DNA of 64,000 nt from Planctomycetia bacterium (GCA_005786805.1 SYCV01000057.1:56565-120564); one strand, 5' to 3'. Positions 37,410 through 47,424 are shown, numbered from the stretch's first letter. Numbers and translations: made by a program. Notes: generated by a model from the sequence alone, not told the origin.

Positions 37410-37494
37410 TCCTAAAAGGATTACATGTGAAAAGGTCGAATGTTTAAATCACAACTAGAGTAGGTTACCAGATTAGGTTGGATAAAAAAATGAA

Positions 37495-37857
37495 TTATTC
37501 ATCTCTGTGAACTGTTGTGGGGGTGAAGGCGGGCATGCAAATTGCAATGTATTCCGCACCCTCCTTGCCGGGTGTGCTGTAGCGAATCCATTCTCCTGCA
37601 AAAGTGTGGATTGCCTGTCCGGCGTTTATGATGCTAAGACCAGTTTTGGTTTCGACATGCATGGCGCCTTTCAAAACAATTGTATATTCATCAAATTCTG
37701 GTGTTTGTCCAGGTTCAGACCACCCTGAAGGACTTATCATCCTGGCAATACTTATATTGGAATCTAGTGAGGCGACTTTGCCAAAAAATTCTTGAATGAT
37801 TTTGTTTCCAGTTCCGGCAGCGACAACTTGTGTTGGATTCTGAATTATTTTGGGCAT
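37495..37857 (-). CDS. cupin domain-containing protein
   Basis: 120 aa with a cupin beta-barrel pattern (EPGQTPEFDEYTIVLKGAMHVE...AGQAIHTFAGEWIRY). Confidence 0.7.
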   Translation of the reverse strand: MPKIIQNPTQVVAAGTGNKIIQEFFGKVASLDSNISIARMISPSGWSEPGQTPEFDEYTIVLKGAMHVETKTGLSIINAGQAIHTFAGEWIRYSTPGKEGAEYIAICMPAFTPTTVHRDE

Positions 37858-37858
37858 T

Positions 37859-38569
37859 TCAACCTGCTTTACTTTGGATCTTAGATTCCATTTTCCCTAG
37901 ATCAACCGGGGTGGTTGTTTTTTTTTGATCATTTTTGTAATTAAGAATGAATTCATAAATCATGGGTAAGATAGATATGAATATGATGCCAATAATAACT
38001 ACTTCAAAGTTTTTCTTTACCCAGGGAATCTGGCCGAATAGGACTCCACCACCCATGCAAAGGCCAACCCATGCGATTGCCCCGATGATATTGTAAGCCA
38101 GGAAAACCGGATAAGTCATTTTTCCAATGCCGGCAACAAATGGCGCAAAAGTGCGAACTATCGGCACAAATCTTGCCAGTATGATTGTTTTTTTTCCATA
38201 CTTCTCATAAAACCCTTGAGCTTTCAAAAGATGGTCTTTGTTTAACAACATTGAATTCTCAAATTTGAATACTTTAGGTCCCATCCAGTTTCCAATGGAA
38301 TAATTCAAGGCGTCGCCTAGAACTGCTGCAATTAAAAGTGTAAGCCCCATGGTAGGTAGGCTTAAGTTGCTATTTGTCGACATGCACATCGCGCCCAATG
38401 TGAAAAGCAGGGAGTCACCGGGTAGAAATGGTGTTACAACCAAGCCTGTTTCGCAAAAAATAATGCCAAACATCGCCAGATAAAACCATGGACCCATTGA
38501 ACCAACAAGGTCATTAAGGTGTAAATCCAAATGTCGGATCAAATCTACGAAATATAAAATCCAATCCAT
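37859..38569 (-). CDS. DedA-family (VTT domain) membrane protein
   Basis: FCETGLVVTPFLPGDSLLF, KYGKKTIILARFVPIVRTFAPFVAG. Start at the internal ATG (Met28). Confidence 0.85.
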   Translation of the reverse strand: MDWILYFVDLIRHLDLHLNDLVGSMGPWFYLAMFGIIFCETGLVVTPFLPGDSLLFTLGAMCMSTNSNLSLPTMGLTLLIAAVLGDALNYSIGNWMGPKVFKFENSMLLNKDHLLKAQGFYEKYGKKTIILARFVPIVRTFAPFVAGIGKMTYPVFLAYNIIGAIAWVGLCMGGGVLFGQIPWVKKNFEVVIIGIIFISILPMIYEFILNYKNDQKKTTTPVDLGKMESKIQSKAG

Positions 38570-38660
38570 GGAAACCTGCCTTCCGACTTGGAACGAAATA
38601 ATTAGCTTAAGGCAGTAGAGTAACGGTTTTGTAAATCCGGGCAAGGCCAATCATGTCTTG

Positions 38661-40151
38661 CTATGATTTCTTGGCCAGACCCATTGAAATCCAGGATCTT
38701 CCCTGTTTTGACAGCAATGCATCCGCCCCCGCGGTACCCATGGTGCCAATGTGGTAATCCTCAGGGTTAGGTGCGTGGGAATCCTCGGTTGCCAAAAGGA
38801 ATGGTTCAATCAATTCCCAGGACCTTTCAATCTCATCGCTTCTCATGAACAGGGATGCATCACCGTTAAGTGCGTCCTGTAGAAGTCTTTCATATGCTTC
38901 GGGGATTTTAACATTTGCGTATGCGTTTCGATAATGGAATTCCATGTCCGAGGGCATTAGAACGGTGCCATCCCGGTCGGGTTCCTTGGTGATGAAGTTA
39001 AGATGAATGCCTTCATCAGGTTGGATGCAAATCGCTAGCCTGTTGCACTGGATTGTGCTTCCGGGCGGTAAGGGAAACATAAGGTGCGGCGGGCAGCGGA
39101 ATTGGATCACCACTTCGCTGGATCTTAAGGCAAGCCCTTTGCCAGATCTAAGATAGAAAGGGACACCTCTCCACCTCCAGTTATCAATCGCAAATTCAAC
39201 AGCGGCAAAAGTTGGAGTCTGGGATTTTGGCTTGACACCTCGCTCATTCAAGTATCCTTGGTATCTGCCGGTTGAAATGCGCTGTCGGGCTTCTTCAACA
39301 GAAAAGACAGGCATCGCGTCAAGGACTTTGATTTTCTCATTTCGAAGCGGGTCTGCCGCATACCGGGCCGGCGCTTCCATCGCAATCAGGCAAAGAAGTT
39401 GCAGCAGGTGATTTTGAAACATATCGCGCAAGATGCCGGCGTTATCGTAATAGTCCGCACGATTACCAATTGTTACAGTTTCAGCAACCGTGATCTGGAC
39501 ATGATCTATGTAGTTACTGTTCCATAAGGGCTCGAAAAGCGTGTTTGCGAAACGAAAAACCAGAAGGTTTTGTACGGTCTCTTTTCCAAGATAATGATCG
39601 ATCCTATAAATTTGATCCTCATGAAAGTGAGTTCTTAGGACACGATTAAGGCTTTTTGCAGTGGCAAGGTCATGGCCAAAAGGTTTCTCGATGATGAGCC
39701 TGCGCCAGCCTGGGTTAAACGCGCTACCTTCAACGGAACTCGCCATGCCAAGTTTGCCAAGATTCTTTGTGATTTCAGGGTAAAGCTGTGGTGCGACGGA
39801 GAGGTAGTACAATCTGTTTCCTGGAAGGTTGTTTTCAATGGAATCGAGTCGGTTTTGCAGATTTTCCAACCCACCATCCATGGAGGCATCACCTCGCGCA
39901 TATGCCAGCCTTGTGGCGAATTTATTCCATGCTTCCTCATTCCAATCGTCCGCTGATAGGGATTTTATGGCATCTGCCATTTTTAGCCGAAAGGAGTCAT
40001 CATCGAATGGGGACCTGGCAACCCCGATGATCCTGATATTTTCAGGAAGCCTGCCTTTTCGATCCATCCTGTAAAGGGAAGGTATAAGCTTTCTGGAGGT
40101 CAAATCCCCCGAGGCCCCAAAAATCACGATAGTAGTCGGACAAGTAGCCAT
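38661..40151 (-). CDS. zwf: glucose-6-phosphate 1-dehydrogenase
   Basis: IVIFGASGDLTSRKLIPSLY, EKPFGHDL, YRIDHYLGKE, NHLLQLL. Start at the ATG (Met14), since the track ORF begins at a TTG. Confidence 0.95.
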   Translation of the reverse strand: MATCPTTIVIFGASGDLTSRKLIPSLYRMDRKGRLPENIRIIGVARSPFDDDSFRLKMADAIKSLSADDWNEEAWNKFATRLAYARGDASMDGGLENLQNRLDSIENNLPGNRLYYLSVAPQLYPEITKNLGKLGMASSVEGSAFNPGWRRLIIEKPFGHDLATAKSLNRVLRTHFHEDQIYRIDHYLGKETVQNLLVFRFANTLFEPLWNSNYIDHVQITVAETVTIGNRADYYDNAGILRDMFQNHLLQLLCLIAMEAPARYAADPLRNEKIKVLDAMPVFSVEEARQRISTGRYQGYLNERGVKPKSQTPTFAAVEFAIDNWRWRGVPFYLRSGKGLALRSSEVVIQFRCPPHLMFPLPPGSTIQCNRLAICIQPDEGIHLNFITKEPDRDGTVLMPSDMEFHYRNAYANVKIPEAYERLLQDALNGDASLFMRSDEIERSWELIEPFLLATEDSHAPNPEDYHIGTMGTAGADALLSKQGRSWISMGLAKKS

Positions 40152-40329
40152 ATAAACCTTTGTTTGAACCAGATGATGAGTATTTTTCAAAAGAACGTTA
40201 AATTAATATTAATGGTTCTTTTAATCAATCATTTTAAACACATTTTCAAATTATGACAGACACTTCAAATTTTAGGAATGTAAGATAAATGTTGTAGCGT
40301 TGGTAACCAAATACTTTTGTTTTGATCGG

Positions 40330-41967
40330 ATGGGATGTCTGTTGCGCAAGTTCTTCCTGATAACTGTCGCGATGATGTTTTTTTGTTTGTTTTGGTGGAA
40401 ATCCACGCAATCCCGACGGGAAGATGGGGAGTTGGCACCAGATCAAAAAGAGATTGCATGGGTTTATCCCGCAAGTTATTCCTCGGCATGGGAAAGACTT
40501 GTGTCTTCTGGTCAATTGTTGGTGAATCATCCGGATCCTCTAATTTCGAAAATGAAATTTGAAACTGGTAGTCACACTTTTCCAGAGCTCACAGCAAGTG
40601 TACCATTTTTTAAAATATCACATCCTGAAATGAATATCAGCGTTGTTGTGAAGTGGTACAAAATTTCAAGTGACATGAAATATGAGAACTGGATGGATAA
40701 ATTGCTATCCCGTAATTTGATCCCGTCCGCAATCGTTGCTGGACCCACAACCGATGATGCTATTTCAATCGCGGAAGCTATCTCCAAAGTCCTGGCAAAA
40801 CTAAACATTGGAAAACCTCCCCCACTTATTTTAACCACGGCGTCATCCAATACCCTTGTTTCTGGGTTTGAGGGCTCTTTGGTGCCCAATCCTGCCAATG
40901 AAATAGGACTCATGGGAATTTATCCGGATAAAACTTTCAGGTTTGGCTTTGACAATAAAATCATGTCGGATGCGATCATCAAGGTGCTTTGGAACAATCC
41001 TGATTTGAAACCCGATTCAGACCCTGCTCACATCGTTCTATGGGAGGATGATTCCTATGCCCGGGATTTTGTTGCAACTTTCTGGGCCGCCTTGAATAAA
41101 CAGGCCGTGATTGATGAATTGGCGATTCAATGCTGGATCATTTCCACTTCGATCGCGCAACAAAATTCAAGTTTTTCGGCGCTTATGGTTCCACCATTGC
41201 ATTTGCTTGGTTCGCAGGCTTCATCCTTCAGAATGGGCATCGCGCCAATTCCTCAAATAATTGATTCCAGCGTGGGAGTAAGATATTCAGCAAATAGGTT
41301 TGAGAAAGAAGCATTGAAATATTTGCTTTTGGATATCAATTTAAAACCAGGTCAAAGGCAACCTTTGATCGTTGTCGGGGCTCAAGCCCTTCAAACCCGA
41401 AGGTTTTTAAGGGAATTAGCACTTTCAAATCCGGGCTTTGCCCAAAAAATGGTGGTCGTGGCGGGTGACACACTTTCTTTGAACAACGTATATCGGGATA
41501 GGGAGGTTTCCTGGCCTGTTTCAGAATTACCTTGCAAGGTTGTTTTTTTCAGTCATGCCAATCCTGTTTCGGCCAATGCCGGGTTCAAGCCGGTCGATGA
41601 TTGGTCTGACACGGGTAGTCTCGCAAAATCCACCAGCACGGAGGAGTTGATTTTATCAAGTCAGATTTTGGAGGGGCTATTAACCGGCCTATTTTCAAGC
41701 ACTCCAGACTTGGTCTCGCATCTGAAAAAACTCACATGGGATGGGGAAAGAATTACTGTTGAAAAAGGTGTGACATTGTTTGATTCACATGGGAATCGTA
41801 ATGCGGGGACAGGGGAATTTATCGGGGTTATAAAACCAAACCCCGGACCTGACATCGCGAATTCCGCCAAACTTGAGATATGGTCCCTGCTTTCGCAGGA
41901 AAAAAACATGCTGCCAAAACCTCTATTGCGGTCGGAGTTGTTTTTGAATTCCGGGGGCGTCAGATGA
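40330..41967 (+). CDS. membrane-anchored or exported type-1 periplasmic-binding-protein-like (LivK/ANF-receptor-like) protein
   Basis: N-terminal hydrophobic anchor LLRKFFLITVAMMFFCLFWW. By-eye PBP1 pattern (AIVAGPTTDDAISIAEAIS, PLILTTASS, FRFGFDN, VLWEDDSYARDFVATFWAAL). Its stop overlaps the kinase ATG (ATGA). Confidence 0.55.
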   Translation: MGCLLRKFFLITVAMMFFCLFWWKSTQSRREDGELAPDQKEIAWVYPASYSSAWERLVSSGQLLVNHPDPLISKMKFETGSHTFPELTASVPFFKISHPEMNISVVVKWYKISSDMKYENWMDKLLSRNLIPSAIVAGPTTDDAISIAEAISKVLAKLNIGKPPPLILTTASSNTLVSGFEGSLVPNPANEIGLMGIYPDKTFRFGFDNKIMSDAIIKVLWNNPDLKPDSDPAHIVLWEDDSYARDFVATFWAALNKQAVIDELAIQCWIISTSIAQQNSSFSALMVPPLHLLGSQASSFRMGIAPIPQIIDSSVGVRYSANRFEKEALKYLLLDINLKPGQRQPLIVVGAQALQTRRFLRELALSNPGFAQKMVVVAGDTLSLNNVYRDREVSWPVSELPCKVVFFSHANPVSANAGFKPVDDWSDTGSLAKSTSTEELILSSQILEGLLTGLFSSTPDLVSHLKKLTWDGERITVEKGVTLFDSHGNRNAGTGEFIGVIKPNPGPDIANSAKLEIWSLLSQEKNMLPKPLLRSELFLNSGGVR

Positions 41968-43529
41968 TTGATGACGATTCTTCAAAAGGTGGGCAGAAAA
42001 AAATTTTGGTGCTTGGTTGGTATCAGTTACTCATTCCCTTGTTTTTCTGGGCGGTGGCATTGTTTGCAATTTCTGACGCGTTACTATTTTGGATCCGTGG
42101 GGAGTCAAGGTACGAGCAGAATATTTTGAAAGAATGGCTTGAGGAAGCCCGGATCTTTCGAAAATCATTGCCTGAACTCATCGATAACTATCAAAAACTA
42201 ATCGGCCGCGAAAATACCAGCCAGGATCGTTTTCAGGATGGATTAAGTCAGATGATTCTTGTTCGAAGGGAGGAAATTTACCAGCATTTAAGAGCATTGG
42301 GTGAACCCCCGACGAAAATTTATCCTGATATATTGCCATTGTTTCCAACTTTCTATGAAATTGAAATCACGATAGCTGATGAGTTAGATCGCCCCATCCG
42401 TTGGTCATCCGGTTTTCCATTCCAACCACAGCAATGCCAGGTTCTTGATTATTCCATCACGGAAAACGCAAGGGTGAAACTTTATTACCAGCTTCACGCC
42501 TACGATCGGAGAAGGTCGCTTGAACAGGAAAAGTATTCCCGCGGGCGATGGCTTTTTCTTGTAGGGAGTGGTTTGGCAATGGCTGTCACCATCCAGTCCT
42601 TATTGAGTTTTTTCAGGGAAAGACGCAGGGTTTTACAGTCTGAAAGTGCCAGGCGGGCCGCTTCTATTGCTGAAAAAGAAATGTTGGCGCAACAGCTTGT
42701 CGCGAAGGCTGCCGAGAAAGATGCCATAGAACTTAGGTCCCAGATGTATGCGGGGGTTGGGATAATGGCGGGATCCTACGCCCATAACATCAAAAATCTT
42801 TTGGTCCGTCCGCTTGACCTGCTTCGAAGGTGTGTTGGAAACAAGGAACTGGATGCCAGCACTGCAATCATGTTGGGGGAAGTTGAGGTCACACTAGGTG
42901 CGGTTTCAGACCGGTTGGAGCAAATACTGCGGACAGTCCGCAGGCAGGATGACAAATTTGAGCCTGTTAGGATTGATTTGAGGGATTTGGTTTTAAAAAC
43001 GATCGCAAGCTGGAAAAATCTTGCGGATGACAAGTGGAAGATTGACCTTGAGATTGATGAGCAGGCTTTTTGTCAGGAAGCATTCATAAAAGCTGATCCA
43101 TCACTTTTGCAACAGATACTTGAAAACTTGATTTTCAATGCGCGGGACGCGATTTTTGAACAGCGGATTGCTTTGCGGGAACAGGCTCGAAGCGGCCAAA
43201 CTCAGGATATTCAAAAAGCTAAAATTACGATCCTTGAAGCCGCGGCTTGGCGAGGAAAGATTTCATTTGTGTTTTCCAGCCACGCTGGTGATATATTCCT
43301 GGAGGTCCGGGACAATGGCGCGGGCATGACACCTGAAGTCATAGCAAGATGCACTGAAGCGTACTTCTCTACCCGCAGGGAGAGTGCGATTTTTGGTGGA
43401 CTTGGTTCAGGAATGGGATTGGGCCTTTCTTTTGTGCAATCTGTATTGGATAAATCTGGCGGTAAAATGACTGTGATTTCCCAAAAAGGCTTCGGTACTA
43501 CTTTTAAACTTCAATTTGAAACTTTTTGA
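41964..43529 (+). CDS. sensor histidine kinase (two TM helices, ~190-aa extracytoplasmic domain, DHp + HATPase_c)
   Basis: H-box SYAHNIKNLL, N-box ENLIFNARDA, G1 VRDNGAGM, G2 GLGSGMGLGLSF. TM helices at LLIPLFFWAVALFAI and WLFLVGSGLAMAV. No receiver domain. Confidence 0.85.
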   Translation: MIDDDSSKGGQKKILVLGWYQLLIPLFFWAVALFAISDALLFWIRGESRYEQNILKEWLEEARIFRKSLPELIDNYQKLIGRENTSQDRFQDGLSQMILVRREEIYQHLRALGEPPTKIYPDILPLFPTFYEIEITIADELDRPIRWSSGFPFQPQQCQVLDYSITENARVKLYYQLHAYDRRRSLEQEKYSRGRWLFLVGSGLAMAVTIQSLLSFFRERRRVLQSESARRAASIAEKEMLAQQLVAKAAEKDAIELRSQMYAGVGIMAGSYAHNIKNLLVRPLDLLRRCVGNKELDASTAIMLGEVEVTLGAVSDRLEQILRTVRRQDDKFEPVRIDLRDLVLKTIASWKNLADDKWKIDLEIDEQAFCQEAFIKADPSLLQQILENLIFNARDAIFEQRIALREQARSGQTQDIQKAKITILEAAAWRGKISFVFSSHAGDIFLEVRDNGAGMTPEVIARCTEAYFSTRRESAIFGGLGSGMGLGLSFVQSVLDKSGGKMTVISQKGFGTTFKLQFETF

Positions 43530-44128
43530 TGGGATTTTCGATGTTAGTGAAAATTAAAAGTGTATGTGTTTTTTGTGGGTCGCGGGTTGGAGATAACCCT
43601 GCCTATGCCCTTGCCGCATCACGCTTGGGAACTTTGCTGGCATCAAAAAATATCCAGTTGGTTTATGGTGCTGGAAATATTGGATTGATGGGATTGGTTG
43701 CGGATGCCTGCCTAGCTGCGAATGGAAAAGTAGTTGGAGTGATTCCCACAAAATTGGTTGAAAAAGAAGTCGCCCATAAAGGACTGACGGAATTGATTGT
43801 GGTGGAATCCATGCATGAAAGAAAAGCCTTGATGGCAATGAAATCGGACGCCTTTGTTGCTTTGCCTGGGGGATTTGGGACATGCGATGAACTTTTCGAG
43901 ATTCTTACTTGGGCTCAACTTGGCATTCATCATAAGCCAATCGGAATTTTAAATACGGATGGCTTTTTTAATCCATTGTTGGCTTGGATTGATCAGATGA
44001 TTGACCAAGGTTTTGTGAAACAAAGGTTTAAAGAACTTCTGTTGGTTGCAGAAAAACCTGATGAATTAATGGAATTGGTTTTTAAAGGTTCAAAAATAAG
44101 GGAGGTGGAAATCGATATCACGCCTTAG
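43529..44128 (+). CDS. LOG-family (TIGR00730) nucleotide 5'-monophosphate nucleosidase / cytokinin riboside 5'-monophosphate phosphoribohydrolase-like protein
   Basis: VCVFCGSR, LVYGAGNIGLMG, ALPGGFGTCDELFE (PGG.GT.EE motif), HKPIGILN. Its ATG overlaps the kinase stop (TGATG). An alternative ATG lies at 43541. Confidence 0.88.
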   Translation: MGFSMLVKIKSVCVFCGSRVGDNPAYALAASRLGTLLASKNIQLVYGAGNIGLMGLVADACLAANGKVVGVIPTKLVEKEVAHKGLTELIVVESMHERKALMAMKSDAFVALPGGFGTCDELFEILTWAQLGIHHKPIGILNTDGFFNPLLAWIDQMIDQGFVKQRFKELLLVAEKPDELMELVFKGSKIREVEIDITP

Positions 44129-44366
44129 GTTTATGTTTAAAACATCCTCAATTTTTGAAAAACCTTTAGGCTTCCAAATCTCCCTTATCTCTCCCAAGTA
44201 TCTATTTTCACAATTCTTGCAATAAGTTGGCAATGGTTTTCATGGCGTTTATGACCTTGCTTTGCTTGGCGATTAAAGGCTATGTTAATATCGAATCAAG
44301 GCCTGAATTAACAGCTTTAAGGATGAAGCTTTTCAGGTAACTTTTATTAAGACCCAGGGAGGGGGC

Positions 44367-45098
44367 GTGGCGGATAAGCAAACAATCATTCTGCATGCCC
44401 TGAGCATAGCCTTGGAATCAAACAAGGTCTGGCCTTTATTCAACAAAAAAGGTGTTCAGGGATTATTCCCTTTGTCCGCTCCGGGAAAAGAAGCTGCTAA
44501 ATATTCCATTGAAAAGCAATTTTTTAAGCTTGTGGGGCATACAACCAAGTCGTTTTCCGAATCAGTTGCCATAACTGCAATAGGTGCGCGCGCACTTTTG
44601 GAAGGTTTAAAAGTTACGAGGTTGCTTGAAAACGCAACTGATATCATGCGAGCATCTCACGAAAATGCTGATGTTGATTCAAATACTGAAGAAATTCATT
44701 TCTATGAACGCATTGAAAAAGCGGTGGGTGAAATTCTTAAAAGATTAAATTCGAGTAACTCGAAAGAGTTGGTGGCAGTTGAGAAGCATATTTTTCTTGT
44801 TTTGAAAGAGTGGAGTGATGAGGGGCGCATCGGAGATTGTCAGCTTAATTACATTTATCAAAAAACATTATCCCTGTGCCCTGGTATCACCCCAGGGGCA
44901 TTTCACGATGGCTTGCGCGGTTTAAGTCAAAAAAAACTTGTTGAGTTGCATCCATGGACCGGGCCTCTTTATGAGATTCCCCAACCGGAATTAGCCATGA
45001 TGTCAGGTCATGAAATAGCTTGTTATGCAAGTCTTGGACCTGGTGCCGCTGAATTTGATTCGAATTCCATTTCTTTTGCCGTATGCGGGACAGAATAA
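44367..45098 (+). CDS. hypothetical protein (243 aa), first gene of a two-gene operon
   Basis: GTG start 5 nt after GGGAGG. No competing ORF. No recognisable catalytic motif. The C-terminal third (LSLCPGITPGAFHDGLRGLSQKKLVELHPW) could be a winged-helix-like unit (weak inference). Confidence 0.6.
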   Translation: MADKQTIILHALSIALESNKVWPLFNKKGVQGLFPLSAPGKEAAKYSIEKQFFKLVGHTTKSFSESVAITAIGARALLEGLKVTRLLENATDIMRASHENADVDSNTEEIHFYERIEKAVGEILKRLNSSNSKELVAVEKHIFLVLKEWSDEGRIGDCQLNYIYQKTLSLCPGITPGAFHDGLRGLSQKKLVELHPWTGPLYEIPQPELAMMSGHEIACYASLGPGAAEFDSNSISFAVCGTE

Positions 45099-45117
45099 TT
45101 TTCAAATGGAGTAGTTT

Positions 45118-47364
45118 ATGTCTCAGTTATTGATGAATGAAACCAGTAACCAGAACGCAATCGACTGGCTCAAGCGCCATGGAAACCCATTTAGGAATTA
45201 TTTTGCACGCAATCCTGATGATGAAGTTTGTTCAATTTATCATGTTCCGGAATTGTATGCCCGTGAACGTGAACAACTTCTAAGGGTTGTGGATCAATAC
45301 AGGTATACTCCCAGTACCCATTCCGAGGTGGTTCCAATACTCGGAAACAAAGGTGCGGGCAAAACACATTTGCTACATTCCATAAAGCATGGGATGGAAG
45401 GTAACTGGCAGTTGCTTGTCACCCCAGGTTCTTATCAGCGGGACACGGATTTTCTGGAATACCTTTTGTTTCAGTTGCTTGACACCCTTCTAGGAGGTGG
45501 AAAGCAGAGGAATAGCAGGCCACTTGAATATGTCGGCGAGCAGTTGATTCGCATGTTGCTTAGTCGAACCTTGTCTGACCTATCTTCAGAGGAAAGATTG
45601 GATCTTTTCCCTCCCCCCGGCATGGGATGGATCGCCCGGACTTTTGGCCTCGGTAGCACCCAGGCCCTTGAAAGAACCCAATGGTTGATCGATGCGTTGT
45701 CCCGACCCAGTCAGGACGCGAAATCACCCGGCATGGTGCGAAAACTTTGTGATGAAGCTGGTTTGCCATGCAATCGCGCTTTTGAACTTGTTTGCGATTA
45801 TGTGGATCGTACTTCCGGGCATGATGCCGCCGCGATGATGCACCATGCGATTTTGCAGGGTTTCGCAAGGTCGGTGCTGCTCCAGGATGAGACAGAACTG
45901 GCAAGCTTCCTGACATATGGTTTTGCCGAGCTTGATTTTAAGATGCACCCTGGAAGGCAGGACTTGGTGCTTGCTTTATTCAAAGCCATGATGGGTGTCA
46001 TGCAGGAACTACGAATTCCAGTGGTGATTGCCTTCGATCAATTGGAGGATCTTTTACTCGCCAGAAGAAACGATGATGCCCATAAGACTGCCGAGACATT
46101 TTTTGCTGGCATCGTCAAGGCTATGCATCAGCTTGATGGAATCAGTTTTTTGATTTTTGCGGAAAGAGGATTGTGGAACAGGTTTATCCCATCGCTTGAT
46201 GGTTACATCCAGGACAGGCTTAATAATCCTGTTCATGTGCCCGGATATGGAACCATAAAGTGTATGAAACTTGATGCTCCACCTTTTGAGTTGGTGCGCA
46301 AAGTGGTGATGGCAAGGCTTGAACCCGCACTTCGTGGTTTTTCAAACCACAGGGGCCTACCAGAGTATTATCCGTTCACCCAGGAACAGGTCGACCGAAT
46401 TGCCAGGACCGAGCCAACCCTTAGGGATATGCTGCAGCAGTTCAGGCATTTCTTTGACAAGATTGTTTATGGTGCTGAAAGTGAGACGATTGCCGAGCCA
46501 ATTGGATCCTCGAATCAGGCTTCACCAGTTGGTTACCATGTTGATTCAGCGGAGCTGGAGATTCCCAAGGATCAACTGCCGGACGGTGTAAAGTCAATGG
46601 TGATCGTTGATGCGACCCAGAATGCAGTCACTGATGCAGTTGAAAAAAGAATTAAATTGGAAACGCCAGTCAATTTAAATGAAGGAAATGAAATTAAAGC
46701 AGAAATAAGGGATGAAAAAAGAATCAAGGAACTTCAGCCTGAAGCACTTGCCCAGTTGTGGGAAAAAGAATTTTCCCTTGCTAAGGATCAATTAATGCCC
46801 GAGGGGGCCCTTGCGGGGGCAACCAAGGACTTGCAGGCGGGACTGGGCAGCCTGTTGCATCTATGCCATGATCAAGGGATCAAAGTTGGGCCATGGCGCC
46901 TGCAGCATGTGGTATCGGAATGGACTTTTGGTGATCATCCGACATATGGAGCGATGACACTGGCGCACTGGGTGTGCAGGGATGGGCAACCCTGGAAGGT
47001 CGGGATCGGCCTTTTTCTCGCAAATGGCCTGGGGAAATCACGAGATCTTACTGTCAAGCTTTCAGCCTGGGATTTGGAACCTGCTGTTATCGATCACTTG
47101 ATCCTTCTTCGACCTGAAGGTGACATGATGCTTTCGGGCAAAGGTAAACAAGCCTGGCAAGAAATGGAGAAAAAAGGCAGACATAGCAGGATTGAGCCAT
47201 TGACACTCGAAGCTTGTGCATCGTTGTATGCTTTTCCCAGAATATTGGCGAGCCTTTCAGAGGAATTGGTTGAAGGACAGCCGCTGCCAAATCTTGCGAA
47301 TTTGGTCCAGGAAAAATGTGAAAAGTTGTTGGAGCAGATTTGCATGCCTGTTCAAGGTGAATAA
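45118..47364 (+). CDS. uncharacterised P-loop NTPase (748 aa)
   Basis: Walker A ILGNKGAGKTHLL (nt 45343-45366) and Walker B-like IPVVIAFDQLEDLL (aa 301-314), with ~220 aa between them. The C-terminal ~300 aa has no motif I recognise. GGAG precedes the ATG, 19 nt after the upstream stop. Confidence 0.75.
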   Translation: MSQLLMNETSNQNAIDWLKRHGNPFRNYFARNPDDEVCSIYHVPELYAREREQLLRVVDQYRYTPSTHSEVVPILGNKGAGKTHLLHSIKHGMEGNWQLLVTPGSYQRDTDFLEYLLFQLLDTLLGGGKQRNSRPLEYVGEQLIRMLLSRTLSDLSSEERLDLFPPPGMGWIARTFGLGSTQALERTQWLIDALSRPSQDAKSPGMVRKLCDEAGLPCNRAFELVCDYVDRTSGHDAAAMMHHAILQGFARSVLLQDETELASFLTYGFAELDFKMHPGRQDLVLALFKAMMGVMQELRIPVVIAFDQLEDLLLARRNDDAHKTAETFFAGIVKAMHQLDGISFLIFAERGLWNRFIPSLDGYIQDRLNNPVHVPGYGTIKCMKLDAPPFELVRKVVMARLEPALRGFSNHRGLPEYYPFTQEQVDRIARTEPTLRDMLQQFRHFFDKIVYGAESETIAEPIGSSNQASPVGYHVDSAELEIPKDQLPDGVKSMVIVDATQNAVTDAVEKRIKLETPVNLNEGNEIKAEIRDEKRIKELQPEALAQLWEKEFSLAKDQLMPEGALAGATKDLQAGLGSLLHLCHDQGIKVGPWRLQHVVSEWTFGDHPTYGAMTLAHWVCRDGQPWKVGIGLFLANGLGKSRDLTVKLSAWDLEPAVIDHLILLRPEGDMMLSGKGKQAWQEMEKKGRHSRIEPLTLEACASLYAFPRILASLSEELVEGQPLPNLANLVQEKCEKLLEQICMPVQGE

Positions 47365-47424
47365 GCTATAGGTAGGCGTTTAGCCAATATTGAACCTTAG
47401 CCATCCCTGGATGGACCTGTATAT

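Noticed and set aside
44367-47364. Assigning the P-loop operon to a named defence system (BREX BrxC/BrxD, Septu, Gabija, PARIS, Avs)
   Set aside because: None of the partner genes is present (methyltransferase, PglZ, HNH, Toprim, nuclease effectors), the domain order does not match, and there is no island context. I kept it as unassigned and novel in the findings rather than forcing a label.
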